From Burkholderiales bacterium (GTDB lineage: Bacteria > Pseudomonadota > Gammaproteobacteria > Burkholderiales > JACQAP01): a DNA stretch of 64,000 bases. Numbering within the stretch: the first letter of the stretch is position 1; each line of letters opens with the position of its first letter. The stretch covers positions 81,185 to 145,184 of the forward strand of contig DASZTG010000080.1 of NCBI GenBank assembly GCA_035548375.1, read 5' to 3'. Position numbers and translations under genes: made by a program. The notes under the pieces are model-generated. The model was not told where the DNA came from and searched no databases. It saw nothing but the letters and a program-made list of their open reading frames with translations. Positions 8,983 to 18,330 of the stretch are shown one piece after another.

Positions 8983-10334
8983 CAAAGCACCTGTTGCCCC
9001 ACTGCGCCGGGCAGCGGTTCCTCGCGCCCCTTGCCTTCCGCTTCCTTGCGCGCGAGCTGCGTGAGCACGACCATGTACGACACGAGCAGCAGCCCGTAGA
9101 CCAGCGCGTAGCCGACCAGCGTGCTCGCAATATAGGGGGCCGGTACTTTCGACGCAGTGTCGGCGGTCAGGATCAGTCCATAGACGATGTAGGGCTGGCG
9201 GCCGATCTCGGTCGTGAGCCAGCCCGCCAGCACGGCCACCCACCCGGAAAACGTCAGCGCGGCGAATCCGCGCAAGAGCCACGCCGGAAACTGTCGCTTG
9301 CGCCAGAGCAGGAAGCCGCCCAGCCAGGACGCGGCCAGCATCAGCAGCCCGACGCCGACCATGATGCGGAACGTCCAGAACACCTGCGCAACCGGCGGAT
9401 GCATGTCGCCGAATTCGGATAGTCCCTTCACTTCACCGTCGAGTTCATGCGTCAGGATCAGGCTCGCGAACTTGGGCACGGAAACCGCGAAGTCATTCGT
9501 GCGCGTTTCCTTGTTCGGCAGCGCGAACAGCATGAGCGGCGCGCCCTTTTCCGTTTCCCAGATGCCCTCGATGGCCGCAATCTTGGCGGGCTGGTGCTCC
9601 AGCGTGTTCAGCCCGTGCTGGTCGCCCACGAAGATCTGGATGGGCGTCAGCACCGCGGCAACGACGATTCCCAGCCGCAGCATGCGCCGGGCCGGCTCGA
9701 ACTTCGGATTGCGCAGCAATTGAAACGCCGAAATGCCCGCGACCAGGAAGGCCGCCGTGAGGCCGGAGGCGATCATCATATGCGCGAGCCGGTACGGAAA
9801 ACTCGGATTGAAAATCACCGCCATCCAGCTCGTTGCGTGCAACTGGCCGTCGATGATTTCGTAGCCCTGCGGCGTCTGCATCCAGGAGTTCAGCGCGAGG
9901 ATCCAGAACGCGGAAGCGGACGTACCTATCGCGACCAGCAGCGACGAGACGGTATGCAGCCATGCCGGCACGCGGTCGCGCCCGAACAGCATGACACCCA
10001 GGAAGGTCGCCTCCAGGAAGAACGCCGTGAGCACCTCATATCCGAGCAGCGGACCGGCGATGTTGCCTGCCTTGCTCATGAAGCCGGGCCAGTTCGTTCC
10101 GAACTGGAAGCTCATGGTGATGCCCGAGACGACGCCCAGCGCGAAGGACAGCGCGAAGACTTTCACCCACAGGCGATAGGCGGGCTTGCACCAGGGCACA
10201 TTCGCGAACTCGATGCGCACGCGCAGGTAGACGAGGATCCAGGCCAGCGCGATGGTGATGCTGGGAAACAGGATGTGAAAGCCGATGTTCAGGCCGAACT
10301 GCGCACGTGCAAGGATCAGCGGATCAGCGGACAT
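8982..10334 (-). CDS. cydA: cytochrome bd-type quinol oxidase subunit I (short, CioA-like length)
   Basis: The internal ATG (complement of 10332-10334) of ORF 8982..10898 gives MSADPLILARAQFGLNIGFHILFPSITIALAW.... 450 aa, a multi-TM CydA-like sequence. Confidence 0.9.
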   Translation of the reverse strand: MSADPLILARAQFGLNIGFHILFPSITIALAWILVYLRVRIEFANVPWCKPAYRLWVKVFALSFALGVVSGITMSFQFGTNWPGFMSKAGNIAGPLLGYEVLTAFFLEATFLGVMLFGRDRVPAWLHTVSSLLVAIGTSASAFWILALNSWMQTPQGYEIIDGQLHATSWMAVIFNPSFPYRLAHMMIASGLTAAFLVAGISAFQLLRNPKFEPARRMLRLGIVVAAVLTPIQIFVGDQHGLNTLEHQPAKIAAIEGIWETEKGAPLMLFALPNKETRTNDFAVSVPKFASLILTHELDGEVKGLSEFGDMHPPVAQVFWTFRIMVGVGLLMLAASWLGGFLLWRKRQFPAWLLRGFAALTFSGWVAVLAGWLTTEIGRQPYIVYGLILTADTASKVPAPYIASTLVGYALVYGLLLVSYMVVLTQLARKEAEGKGREEPLPGAVGQQVL

Positions 10335-10445
10335 GACGAAGTACGCATGCGATGTCCGCAGTGTACCGCCAATCGATGCGCCAGTCCGCGGTTTCGCGCG
10401 TGCCGAACGCTTGACTGTATGCATATATGTACGCACACTGGCTGG

Positions 10446-10784
10446 ATGCACAAACGCGCCGCCGGATCGGCCGCCGGCCGCAACGGCAAGGCTTCCACAG
10501 CAGGCAGGCCGCAGGCCCGCACGCGGCGCAAACCCCGCCTCGCGAAGAATCCGGCCTCCCCATCGCCCATCGACAAGACAGCCGTTCGCGGCAAGACGCG
10601 CCTGACGATGTACCTCGACATGGCCGTCGTCGAGCATTTCCGCTCGCGCGCGGGCGGCCGCGGCTACCAGACGCTGATCAATGAAGCCCTGCGACGCGCG
10701 ATCGAGCAGGAAAACCTGGAAAGCGTGCTGCGACGCGTGATCCGCGAAGAAGCCCGCCCCCATCCGGCGAAAGGCAAGTCTTGA
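10446..10784 (+). CDS. BrnA-like / DUF4415-like ribbon-helix-helix antitoxin-family protein (no toxin partner present)
   Basis: The in-frame ATG at 10446 within ORF 9447..10784 starts a basic N-terminal tail. It is followed by TRLTMYLDMAVVEHFRSRAGGRGYQTLINEALRRAI, matching the BrnA core pattern (hIRLD..Vh.WF+..G.GYQT.IN..LR). Confidence 0.6.
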   Translation: MHKRAAGSAAGRNGKASTAGRPQARTRRKPRLAKNPASPSPIDKTAVRGKTRLTMYLDMAVVEHFRSRAGGRGYQTLINEALRRAIEQENLESVLRRVIREEARPHPAKGKS

Positions 10785-12100
10785 GCGAATCGTCGCCCGC
10801 GAACGGCAACTGGTTCGTCTCGTTGAGGGCCTGCCGCGACGAATTGAGGGCGGCGGCGCTGCCTGGCGCCGTGCTCGTGATCGCGGGTGTCGCCGCACTC
10901 GTCAGCCAGCGCTATTCGACTTCCCTCGGCAATATCGGCGTGTTCGGTCCCTATGCCGTACTGATCATCGGCACGGCCATGGCCGTGTGGTTCAATCGCG
11001 GCCGCGCATTCATTGCGCTGGTTTCGATGCTCGTCGCGTTCATCGCCTACCGGATGGCCCTCGCGCCAGGCGACGACGGCTTTCCCGCCCGCGCCGTGCT
11101 GACGGCAGCCGCCATTTTCGTGCCCGCGAACATCCTGATCGTGCTGTCGTTCAAGGAACGCGGCATCGCGTACTTCCGCAACTATCGCTGGATGCTGCTC
11201 GGACTCACGGAGATCCTGCTCACCGCCTGGATCGCGACGGCGGGCCGCAGCGCCCTCTCGGGCACGGCGTGGCACGAGGCTATGGACCACTGGCTGCTGA
11301 GGGCGGCGCCCACACCTTTTCTAGGCCGCGTCGCGATCGCCGCGGCGCTCGTCATGGCCGTCGCAAGGGCCTGGGAGAAACGCCTGCCGCTCGACATCGG
11401 CATGGTCGGCGCAGTGATCGCATTCTTTCTCGCCTGCGAATGGGCGAATCTCACGGTGGTCTTCGGCATATTCGTCTTCGCGGCGGGCGCCACGCTGCTG
11501 CTGGCCGTCCTGCAGGAATCGCATCGCATGGCTTTTCGCGACGAGCTGACCGGCCTGCCCGGCCGTCGCGCGCTCGAGGAGAAACTGGTGGCGCTGGGAC
11601 CCTCGTATGCGATCGCCATGGTGGATGTCGACCACTTCAAGAAATTCAACGACACGCACGGCCATGACACCGGCGACCAGGTGCTCAAGCTCGTCGGCGC
11701 CAAGCTGGCCGAAGTCGGCGGCGGCAAGGCGTTTCGCTATGGCGGCGAGGAATTCGCCGTCGTGTTCCCCGACCAGGGCGTTGAGGACGCGCTACCCCAC
11801 CTCGAGAAACTCCGCAGGAACATCGAGGACTACCGCATGTCGGCGCGCACGTCAGAGCAGCGGCGCGCCGAAAGACGGCCGAACAGCGACCGGCGCACGC
11901 CGTCGAAATCGGCGTTCGCAAGACAGGATGCGAACGCGCCGCCGCTGCGCACGCATCGCGCGGAGCAATTGTCGGTCACCGTGAGCATCGGCGTCGCCCA
12001 ACGCACGGAATTGCTGGACACGCCGTCGATCGTGATCAAGGAGGCCGATGCGGCGCTGTATCGGGCCAAGGGCGGCGGCAGGAACCGGGTCAGCACGTAA
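10781..12100 (+). CDS. membrane-anchored diguanylate cyclase (GGDEF domain)
   Basis: 439 aa. The N-terminal half has multiple TM helices. The C-terminal half reads RDELTGLPGRRAL...VDVDHFKKFNDTHGHDTGD...RYGGEEFAVVFP (GGEEF active site). The TTG start overlaps the upstream stop (TTGA at 10781-10784). Confidence 0.85.
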   Translation: MSESSPANGNWFVSLRACRDELRAAALPGAVLVIAGVAALVSQRYSTSLGNIGVFGPYAVLIIGTAMAVWFNRGRAFIALVSMLVAFIAYRMALAPGDDGFPARAVLTAAAIFVPANILIVLSFKERGIAYFRNYRWMLLGLTEILLTAWIATAGRSALSGTAWHEAMDHWLLRAAPTPFLGRVAIAAALVMAVARAWEKRLPLDIGMVGAVIAFFLACEWANLTVVFGIFVFAAGATLLLAVLQESHRMAFRDELTGLPGRRALEEKLVALGPSYAIAMVDVDHFKKFNDTHGHDTGDQVLKLVGAKLAEVGGGKAFRYGGEEFAVVFPDQGVEDALPHLEKLRRNIEDYRMSARTSEQRRAERRPNSDRRTPSKSAFARQDANAPPLRTHRAEQLSVTVSIGVAQRTELLDTPSIVIKEADAALYRAKGGGRNRVST

Positions 12101-12105
12101 AAACA

Positions 12106-12154
12106 GTGAGGAGTGAGGAGTGAGGAGTGAGGAGTGAGGAGTGAGGAGTGATTG
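12106..12154. repeat. tandem heptamer array, 6 perfect GTGAGGA units plus one degenerate (GTGATTG)
   Basis: Direct reading: perfect 7-nt period from 12106 to 12147, starting 6 nt after the GGDEF stop. No complementary TCCTCAC arm occurs nearby. Confidence 0.95.
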
Positions 12155-12317
12155 GATGCGTCGCGTCGAGGTGAGTTCGCCGTTGCCGTTAATCGATCAC
12201 TTCTTGACGCCGTACTTCGCCCGATAGTGCTGCCCCATCACCTTGCGGCTTTGGCGATTCAACTGCGAGGCGTGCCTGCCGGATGCGGCCGGGCGAGCGT
12301 GCGCCGGGGCAACTCGT

Positions 12318-13871
12318 TTATTGCGGCTGATTTTCAACCGGATCGCTCTTGAACGTCTCTCGCAGCGCAGTTTTGAGAACCTTGCCGTAGTTGTTCTTCG
12401 GCAATTCGGCCACGAAACGATAGCCCTTCGGCCGCTTGAATCGCGCGATGTGGTCCAGGCAAAGCGCATCCAGTTCCTTTTCCTGCACGCGCGCGCGCTC
12501 CCTCACCACCACGAAGGCGATGACTTCCTCGCCCCATTCCGGATGCGGGCGTCCCACGACGGAAACTTCGCTGACGGCCGGATGCCGCAGCAGGATTTCC
12601 TCGACCTCGCGCGGATAGATGTTCGAGCCGCCGCTGATGATCATGTCCTTGGAACGATCGCGCAGTGTCAGGAATCCGTCCCCGTCCATGGAGCCCACGT
12701 CGCCGGTATGCAGCCAGCCGTTGCGCAGGGTTTCGCGCGTCGCTTCCGGATTGCGCCAGTAGCCGCGCATGACCGTATCCCCGCGCACGAGGATCTCGCC
12801 GATCTCCCCCGGCGGGAGCTCGATGTCGTTGTCGTCGGCGACAATGACCTCGACCGGCGGTTGCGCCGTTCCCACGGAAGCCAGCCGGTCTTCGTGGCGT
12901 GGATGCCCGCTGTCGGCAAGGTGGAATTTCGACAGCGCGGTGATGGTCATCGGCGATTCGCCCTGGCCGTAGATCTGCGCGAAGCGCTGGCCCATCACCT
13001 CCAGCGCCGCCTTGATGTCCTGCACGTACATCGGGCCGCCGCCATAGACGATGGTCTTCAATCCATCCAGTGGCGGTGCGTGCTTGCGCGCGTGCGAGAC
13101 CAGCCTGTGCACCATGGTCGGCGCCGCGAACATGGCGACACCGCGCCAGCGTTCGCCCAGGCTGAATATCTCGGCGGGATCGAAATGGCCGCTCTCGGGG
13201 ATCACCTGGTTCGCGCCCGCCAGCACGTGCGGAAAGTTGTACATGCCGGAGCCATGCGACATCGGCGCCGCATGCAACACGCAATCCTCCGGAGCAATGT
13301 GGTCCACCGCCGCGAAGTAGGCCAGTGACATGCTCAGGATGTTCCGGTGCGTGATCATCACGCCCTTTGGCCGCCCCGTCGTGCCGCTGGTATAGAACAG
13401 CCAGGCGACGTCGTCCGGCTGCACCGCGGTCATCGAAGACGCCGCGTCCGTTTTTGCAAGCTCGGCGTAGTCGGTGGAAGGGACTTCGATCACGCGCTCG
13501 AGCACCGGCAGGTTGCCGCGCAGGGTTTCCAGCGACTGGGCGAGGTCCGTCGACGCGAAGCAGGCCTTGGACGTCGAATCTTTCAGGATGAACTCGAATT
13601 CCTTCGGATGCAGTTTCGCGTTCATCGGCACGACGACCAGGCCCGCATGCCAGGCCGCATAGAGGATTTCCAGATATTGCGGACAATTTCCCATCGCCAG
13701 CGCCACGCAATCTCCCGGCACCAGGCCCAGCGATTTGCGAAATGCCGCACCGAGGCGGGCCGCTCGCCCCGCGAAGTCGCGGTAATTCATCCACACGCCG
13801 CTGCCGACGGAAATGGCCGGACGATCGGGGAATGTGCGCGCGGCGCGCAGGAGAAAGTGGGCGATGTTCAT
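12318..13871 (-). CDS. AMP-dependent acyl-CoA synthetase/ligase
   Basis: 517 aa with an ATG start. AMP-binding signature FYTSGTTGRPKGVMITHRN and a C-terminal ...PKNNYGKVLK. Confidence 0.9.
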   Translation of the reverse strand: MNIAHFLLRAARTFPDRPAISVGSGVWMNYRDFAGRAARLGAAFRKSLGLVPGDCVALAMGNCPQYLEILYAAWHAGLVVVPMNAKLHPKEFEFILKDSTSKACFASTDLAQSLETLRGNLPVLERVIEVPSTDYAELAKTDAASSMTAVQPDDVAWLFYTSGTTGRPKGVMITHRNILSMSLAYFAAVDHIAPEDCVLHAAPMSHGSGMYNFPHVLAGANQVIPESGHFDPAEIFSLGERWRGVAMFAAPTMVHRLVSHARKHAPPLDGLKTIVYGGGPMYVQDIKAALEVMGQRFAQIYGQGESPMTITALSKFHLADSGHPRHEDRLASVGTAQPPVEVIVADDNDIELPPGEIGEILVRGDTVMRGYWRNPEATRETLRNGWLHTGDVGSMDGDGFLTLRDRSKDMIISGGSNIYPREVEEILLRHPAVSEVSVVGRPHPEWGEEVIAFVVVRERARVQEKELDALCLDHIARFKRPKGYRFVAELPKNNYGKVLKTALRETFKSDPVENQPQ

Positions 13872-13873
13872 GA

Positions 13874-13940
13874 CGGGTGAAGCGTGAGGGGTGAGGCGTA
13901 GTTACTCCAATCTCCTCACGCCTCGTGCTTCATTCTTCAG
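13874..13940. repeat. short imperfect GTGAGG-unit inverted repeat between tandem minus-strand genes
   Basis: GGTGAAGCGTGAGGGGTGAGGCG (about 13876-13898) faces CTCCTCACGCCTCGTGCTTCA (about 13912-13932). The arms are imperfect and the boundaries approximate. Confidence 0.5.
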
Positions 13941-14785
13941 CCGGCGTTGCCGGATGAAACACCCAGGCCGCCCGCGTAACGCTTGTTCCAGATGTCGTGG
14001 CCGTGGACGAAGTCGTTCCTGCCGGTCTTGTCTTCGCCTCGCATGAGCCAGAGCGGCTGGTCGTAGATGTTGAAGGGAGACTTGTCGCGTCGCGAATCGC
14101 GCAGCGAGCGGTCGTAATGCGAAGTCGCCGGCATGTAGCGCATGATGAGCGCGGCCCGGCGCTGGCCGGAATGGTTGGCCAGCGAGCCGTGGATCATGCG
14201 CACGTCGTGCAGGGACATCTGCCCGGGCTCCAGCTCGACGTTGACGGCCTGCGCCTCGTCGAACTGGTCGCGATCGAGTTCCAGGTTCAGCACGAGGTCC
14301 TTGCGGTCGCTGACGTGATGCTTGTACAGCTCCTTGCGCCGCTGCGACCCCGGGATGAAGCGCATGCAACCGTTCGTGGTGGAGACGGGATCGATCGCGA
14401 TCCAGACCGAACAGGTGGCCAGCGGGCGCATCGGCCAGTACTCCCCGTCCTGGTGCCACGGCACCTCGCGCCCCTTCACCGGCGGCTTGCACAGGATGCG
14501 GGTGATCCACAGCATGACGTCAGGGCCGAGGATCTGCTCGGTCATGTCGAGTACGGCCGGATGGCTCGCGGCGGCCATGAAAGGATTCATCTGCGGCCCG
14601 GACGTGGGCGGCAGCATGTGCGGATTGGCAAGGTCTTCCTGCGCAACGTCCGTGTAGGTATCGAGCAACCGATCCACGCTGTCCCGCAACCGGCGCAGCA
14701 GCGGATCCGGCAGGCGGTAGCGCGGGAACACGTAACCCTGGTCACGATAGTGCGCGAGTTCGTCCGCGCTGAGTACATTGGCCAT
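13937..14785 (-). CDS. phytanoyl-CoA dioxygenase (PhyH) family Fe(II)/2OG oxygenase
   Basis: The internal ATG (complement of 14783-14785) of ORF 13937..15004 gives MANVLSADELAHYRDQGYVFP.... It contains VPWHQDGEYW (HxD). 282 aa. Confidence 0.8.
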   Translation of the reverse strand: MANVLSADELAHYRDQGYVFPRYRLPDPLLRRLRDSVDRLLDTYTDVAQEDLANPHMLPPTSGPQMNPFMAAASHPAVLDMTEQILGPDVMLWITRILCKPPVKGREVPWHQDGEYWPMRPLATCSVWIAIDPVSTTNGCMRFIPGSQRRKELYKHHVSDRKDLVLNLELDRDQFDEAQAVNVELEPGQMSLHDVRMIHGSLANHSGQRRAALIMRYMPATSHYDRSLRDSRRDKSPFNIYDQPLWLMRGEDKTGRNDFVHGHDIWNKRYAGGLGVSSGNAG

Positions 14786-15004
14786 TTTGTTTTCCCGCTG
14801 TCGAACGCTGTTGGCCGATGCTAGCACAGCGTCGCGAGCGGATTCTGTGCGCCGCAGCGGCGGCGGCCCGGCGGGGTCGCGGCGCCCCGGCGATTGCGGT
14901 AGTCTGTGCATCCCTCGCGCGCCAGCCGGATGGCATGCCGCGCGAAGGTGCCGATACGAGAGCGGCATGAACACCCATCCATGCACCAACATAACGGAGA
15001 ACAA

Positions 15005-15559
15005 ATGAAACCGGCCAAGGGACTTCGCATCTTCAAGGGATTGCTCGCAATGCTGCTAGCGGCGTCGGCGCCCGCATTCGCCGCCGAAGCCAAGGAAATG
15101 AGCATCGAACATTCCATCGTGATCAACGCGCCGCCCGAGGCGGTCTGGGAGGTGGTCAGCGATTTCAACGGCCTGCCGCGCTGGCTGCCCACGATCGTCG
15201 AAAGCAAGATCGTGCTGGGCAAGAACCGCCAGGAAGGCGCGATCCGCGAACTGACGCGCGCAAACGGCACCCACGTGCAGGAAAAGCTGATTGCATACGA
15301 GCCGTGGAACATGTCGGTGGGCTATACCTACATCGGCGGGCAGGTCGGCGCGACCGACTATTTCCCGACGATCACCGTCATGGATGCCGGCGGCGGCAAG
15401 AGTAAGGTCGTCTGGAAGGCGCGCTTCAAGCGCGTGGCCTACTGGACGGACGAACCGCCGCCCGGACAGGATGACGAGACGCCGTTGAACGCGCTGAACA
15501 AGACGTATCCGCTGGGGCTGTCGACTTTGAAGAAAGTAGTTGAAGAGGGGCAGCAATAG
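15005..15559 (+). CDS. SRPBCC (START/Bet v1-like) family protein with a signal peptide
   Basis: ATG 15005 follows GGAGA. MKPAKGLRIFKGLLAMLLAASAPAFAAEA, then IVINAPPEAVWEVVSDFNGLPRWLP, typical of SRPBCC. Confidence 0.7.
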   Translation: MKPAKGLRIFKGLLAMLLAASAPAFAAEAKEMSIEHSIVINAPPEAVWEVVSDFNGLPRWLPTIVESKIVLGKNRQEGAIRELTRANGTHVQEKLIAYEPWNMSVGYTYIGGQVGATDYFPTITVMDAGGGKSKVVWKARFKRVAYWTDEPPPGQDDETPLNALNKTYPLGLSTLKKVVEEGQQ

Positions 15560-15568
15560 CAAAAGCGA

Positions 15569-15660
15569 AAAAGCGTGAGGGGTGAGGAGTTAGGGGTGAA
15601 ACCGAAACGCCTCGCGCTTGCCCCTCGCCCCTAACCCCTCACTCCTCACCCCTCACTTTT
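15569..15660. repeat. GTGAGGG/GTGAGGA-unit inverted-repeat element between the SRPBCC gene and the SDR gene
   Basis: The left arm AAAAGCGTGAGGGGTGAGGAGTTAGGGGTGAAACC pairs with the right arm GCCCCTCGCCCCTAACCCCTCACTCCTCACCCCTCACTTTT. The right arm carries one extra 7-nt unit. Confidence 0.85.
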
Positions 15661-15663
15661 CAA

Positions 15664-16428
15664 ATGAATCCATTCGATCTCTCCGGCAAGACCGCCATCG
15701 TCACCGGTTCCTCGCGCGGAATCGGCCGCTCGATCGCCGAGCACCTCGCCCGCGCCGGTGCGAAGGTCGTGATTTCCAGCCGCAAGGCCGACGCTTGCGA
15801 GCGGGTCGCCGCCGCCATTCGCGGCGCAGGCGGCGACGCGATCGCCATCCCGGCGAACATCGGCGACAAGACGCAGCTCGAAGGCCTGGTAAAGGAAACC
15901 CGCAACAAATGCGGCAAGATCGACGTGCTGGTCTGCAATGCGGCGAGCAACCCGTACTACGGTCCGATGGCGAAAATGCCGGACGATGCCTTCAACAAGA
16001 TCCTGCAGAACAACATCGTCTCGAACCACTGGCTGGCCAATCTCGTGTTGCCAGAAATGGCCGCGCGCAAGGACGGTTCCGTGATCATCGTGTCGTCGAT
16101 CGGCGGCTTGAAGGGCACCGTGGCGCTTGGCGCCTACGCGATCTCGAAGGCGGCGGACATGCAGCTCGCGCGTAACCTCGCGATGGAATGGAGCCCGCAC
16201 AACGTTCGCGTCAACTGCATCGCGCCCGGGCTGGTGAAAACGGATTTCGCCAGGGCGCTCTGGGAAAACCCGGAAATCCTGAAGCACTATGAATCGCAGA
16301 CGCCGCTGCGTCGCATCGGCGAGCCGGACGACATCGGCGGCGTCGCCGTCTTCCTGGCGTCCCGCGCCGCCGCTTTCGTCACCGGGCAGACCATCGTCGC
16401 CGACGGCGGCGTCACCATCGCCGGCTGA
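15664..16428 (+). CDS. SDR family oxidoreductase (FabG-like)
   Basis: 254 aa. TGSSRGIG cofactor motif and a YAISKAA catalytic YxxxK. Confidence 0.9.
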   Translation: MNPFDLSGKTAIVTGSSRGIGRSIAEHLARAGAKVVISSRKADACERVAAAIRGAGGDAIAIPANIGDKTQLEGLVKETRNKCGKIDVLVCNAASNPYYGPMAKMPDDAFNKILQNNIVSNHWLANLVLPEMAARKDGSVIIVSSIGGLKGTVALGAYAISKAADMQLARNLAMEWSPHNVRVNCIAPGLVKTDFARALWENPEILKHYESQTPLRRIGEPDDIGGVAVFLASRAAAFVTGQTIVADGGVTIAG

Positions 16429-16434
16429 CGCCGG

Positions 16435-17376
16435 TTATCGCGGGACGCCGCCCACGGCTGCATCGACCAGCAGCGCCTCGACCTCCGTGCGATTCGGCGC
16501 CCCGCTCCTGCCGCCGGAACGACTGCATTTGACTGCCGCTGCAGCGCAGGCAAAACGCATGGCTTGCGCCGATTTCGCGCCCTCCGCCAATGCCAGCGCG
16601 TACGCGCCGTGAAAGACATCACCGGCCGCCAGCGTGTCCACGACGGCGACGGGAAAGGCCGGGCAACGCTGGAGATTGGCAGGGGCACGCGCGTCGATCC
16701 ATGACACACCGGCCTCGCCCTGCGTGACGGCTGCCATGCACGCGCCATGGTCGATGGCTTGCCGCAAGCCGGTCTGCACATCGTCACCCGCGAACGCATC
16801 GAGCCCGCGCTGCGAGAAAATCACGTGGTCGGCGACACGCGCGAGCGTCTCGAGGATTTCGCGCGAAGCGATTTCCCCGTCGAGAATGGCAGGTATTCCG
16901 GCTTCGCGTGCCGCCTGCAACGCGACGTGTGCGCCCTCCGGCCAGCGCACGTCCGCGAGCAAGGCGCCAGCGCTCGCAATGCGTTCCAGCGGCAACCAAT
17001 CCGCCGGGGCCTGAAGCGCGGTCCCGCGCAGGCCGACGACCAGGCGCTCGCCCCGCGCATCGACAATCACGGCTGAGTGCGAAGAGGTTCGTCCGGCGAA
17101 TCGCCGCAGGTTCGTCGCATCCACGCCGTCGGCGATCAACTGCGTGCGGATGGCGTCGGCAACGGCATCGTCGCCGGTCGGCCCCCAGAATTCCGCCACC
17201 CCGCCGAGGCGTGCAACGGCTGCGGCGGCGTTGGCCGCCATGCCGCCGCCGCTTTCGTCGTAGCGATGCGCGGGAATCTTCGCGCTGCCGGCCGGCCAGG
17301 AATCCACCGCGAAGACGCGATCGAACGCGGCATGGCCGACGCAGATCACGCGGCTGCGCGCGCCGGCGACGTTCAC
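16435..17376 (-). CDS. PfkB-family carbohydrate/ribokinase-like kinase
   Basis: 313 aa with a GTG start. C-terminal VVDTLAAGDVFHGAYA (DTxGAGD signature). Confidence 0.8.
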   Translation of the reverse strand: MNVAGARSRVICVGHAAFDRVFAVDSWPAGSAKIPAHRYDESGGGMAANAAAAVARLGGVAEFWGPTGDDAVADAIRTQLIADGVDATNLRRFAGRTSSHSAVIVDARGERLVVGLRGTALQAPADWLPLERIASAGALLADVRWPEGAHVALQAAREAGIPAILDGEIASREILETLARVADHVIFSQRGLDAFAGDDVQTGLRQAIDHGACMAAVTQGEAGVSWIDARAPANLQRCPAFPVAVVDTLAAGDVFHGAYALALAEGAKSAQAMRFACAAAAVKCSRSGGRSGAPNRTEVEALLVDAAVGGVPR

Positions 17377-17395
17377 AAGTGGCAGAGGTCCGGCG

Positions 17396-18214
17396 TCACG
17401 CGGATTTGGACGCGCGCATCGCCGCGAGGTATTTCGTCAGCAGATCCTGCTCGGTGCGCGTACGCTGGCTGGCCGGGCACGGGAAGCGCAGCAGCAACGT
17501 CGTCTTGCTGCCGTCGCCGAGCCGGATGCTCACGCGCGGCTCGGCCGACGGCATGACGATGAACTGCTCGCCTTCCAGTTCGCGCAGCGCCGCGTGCGCG
17601 GGGGCGACGAATTCCGAGCAGACGGCGTTGGCGACCTCGGCAAGCACGCGTCGCGCGGTTTCCAGGTCCGCGCCGGCCACCGGGATGCTGACCATGCCGA
17701 GCTGGTAATCGCCGAGCCGCGAATAATTCCTCATCGCGTGCGTGACGAAGAAGCTGTTGGGGAACTGCACCACGCGGCCCGTGAACAGGTGCTCCTCGCT
17801 CATCTCCAGCACCGTCGTCGACAGCAACGTCTGGTCGATGACTTCGCCCTTGATGTTGTTGATCTCGATGACGTCACCGAACGCGAAGCTGCCCGAGGTG
17901 GTGCGGTGGACGTAGCCCAGCACCGAGGTGAACAATTCCTTGCCCGCCAGCACGAGCGCCACGCTCAACGCAGCCAGCGACAGCGCGGCCGCGCGCAACT
18001 CGCTGCGCCAGATGAACACGAGCAGCAGCAACGCGATCAGGAAGGAGAAATTGCGCCAGAAGACCGAGGCCCGCAGCTTGGTCTCGCGCGAGAGCCAGCC
18101 GCGGCCGCGCAATACCGCGGAGATCGCGATGTTCGCGAGGATGACGCCCGAGATGACGACGATCGTCCAGAGGAACTCCGGCGCGATTCCATAGAGGAAA
18201 GACTCGTTCTTCAT
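17396..18214 (-). CDS. mechanosensitive ion channel (MscS family)
   Basis: The internal ATG (complement of 18212-18214) gives MKNESFLYGIAPEFLWTIVV.... TM helices are followed by FGDVIEINNIKGEVIDQTLLSTTVLE, an MscS beta-domain pattern. Confidence 0.8.
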   Translation of the reverse strand: MKNESFLYGIAPEFLWTIVVISGVILANIAISAVLRGRGWLSRETKLRASVFWRNFSFLIALLLLVFIWRSELRAAALSLAALSVALVLAGKELFTSVLGYVHRTTSGSFAFGDVIEINNIKGEVIDQTLLSTTVLEMSEEHLFTGRVVQFPNSFFVTHAMRNYSRLGDYQLGMVSIPVAGADLETARRVLAEVANAVCSEFVAPAHAALRELEGEQFIVMPSAEPRVSIRLGDGSKTTLLLRFPCPASQRTRTEQDLLTKYLAAMRASKSA

Positions 18215-18330
18215 GTCATTCGGGCTTTCGAGAGCCGAACAGTATAGGAAGGCCGGGTCCGCTGGCAACTTCCGAACCAGTACCCGGCTCCGGGGTCATA
18301 CGCGCGAGAGACGGTGATTCGGGGTCATTG

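Noticed and set aside
10411-10440. TTGACT followed by the near-palindrome TGCATATATGTA in the cydA / BrnA-like divergent region, as a possible promoter or operator
   Set aside because: I found no convincing -10 element at proper spacing and no match to an FNR/ANR box (TTGAT-N4-ATCAA). The palindrome is 10 of 12. This is too weak to call.
8982-10898. Long N-terminal extensions of the cydA ORF (638 aa) and the cydB ORF (7987..9282, 431 aa)
   Set aside because: The extensions are Arg/Ala-rich and overlap other features. Canonical CydA and CydB N-termini begin at the internal ATGs (10334 and 8982). The 8982 start gives a clean ATGA junction with the cydA stop.
12197-12469. 90-aa minus-strand ORF, and a 13-codon micro-ORF (MGQHYRAKYGVKK) in the 12155-12317 gap
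   Set aside because: The long ORF overlaps the 3' end of the acyl-CoA ligase gene in another frame. The micro-ORF is too short to support without comparative or expression data.
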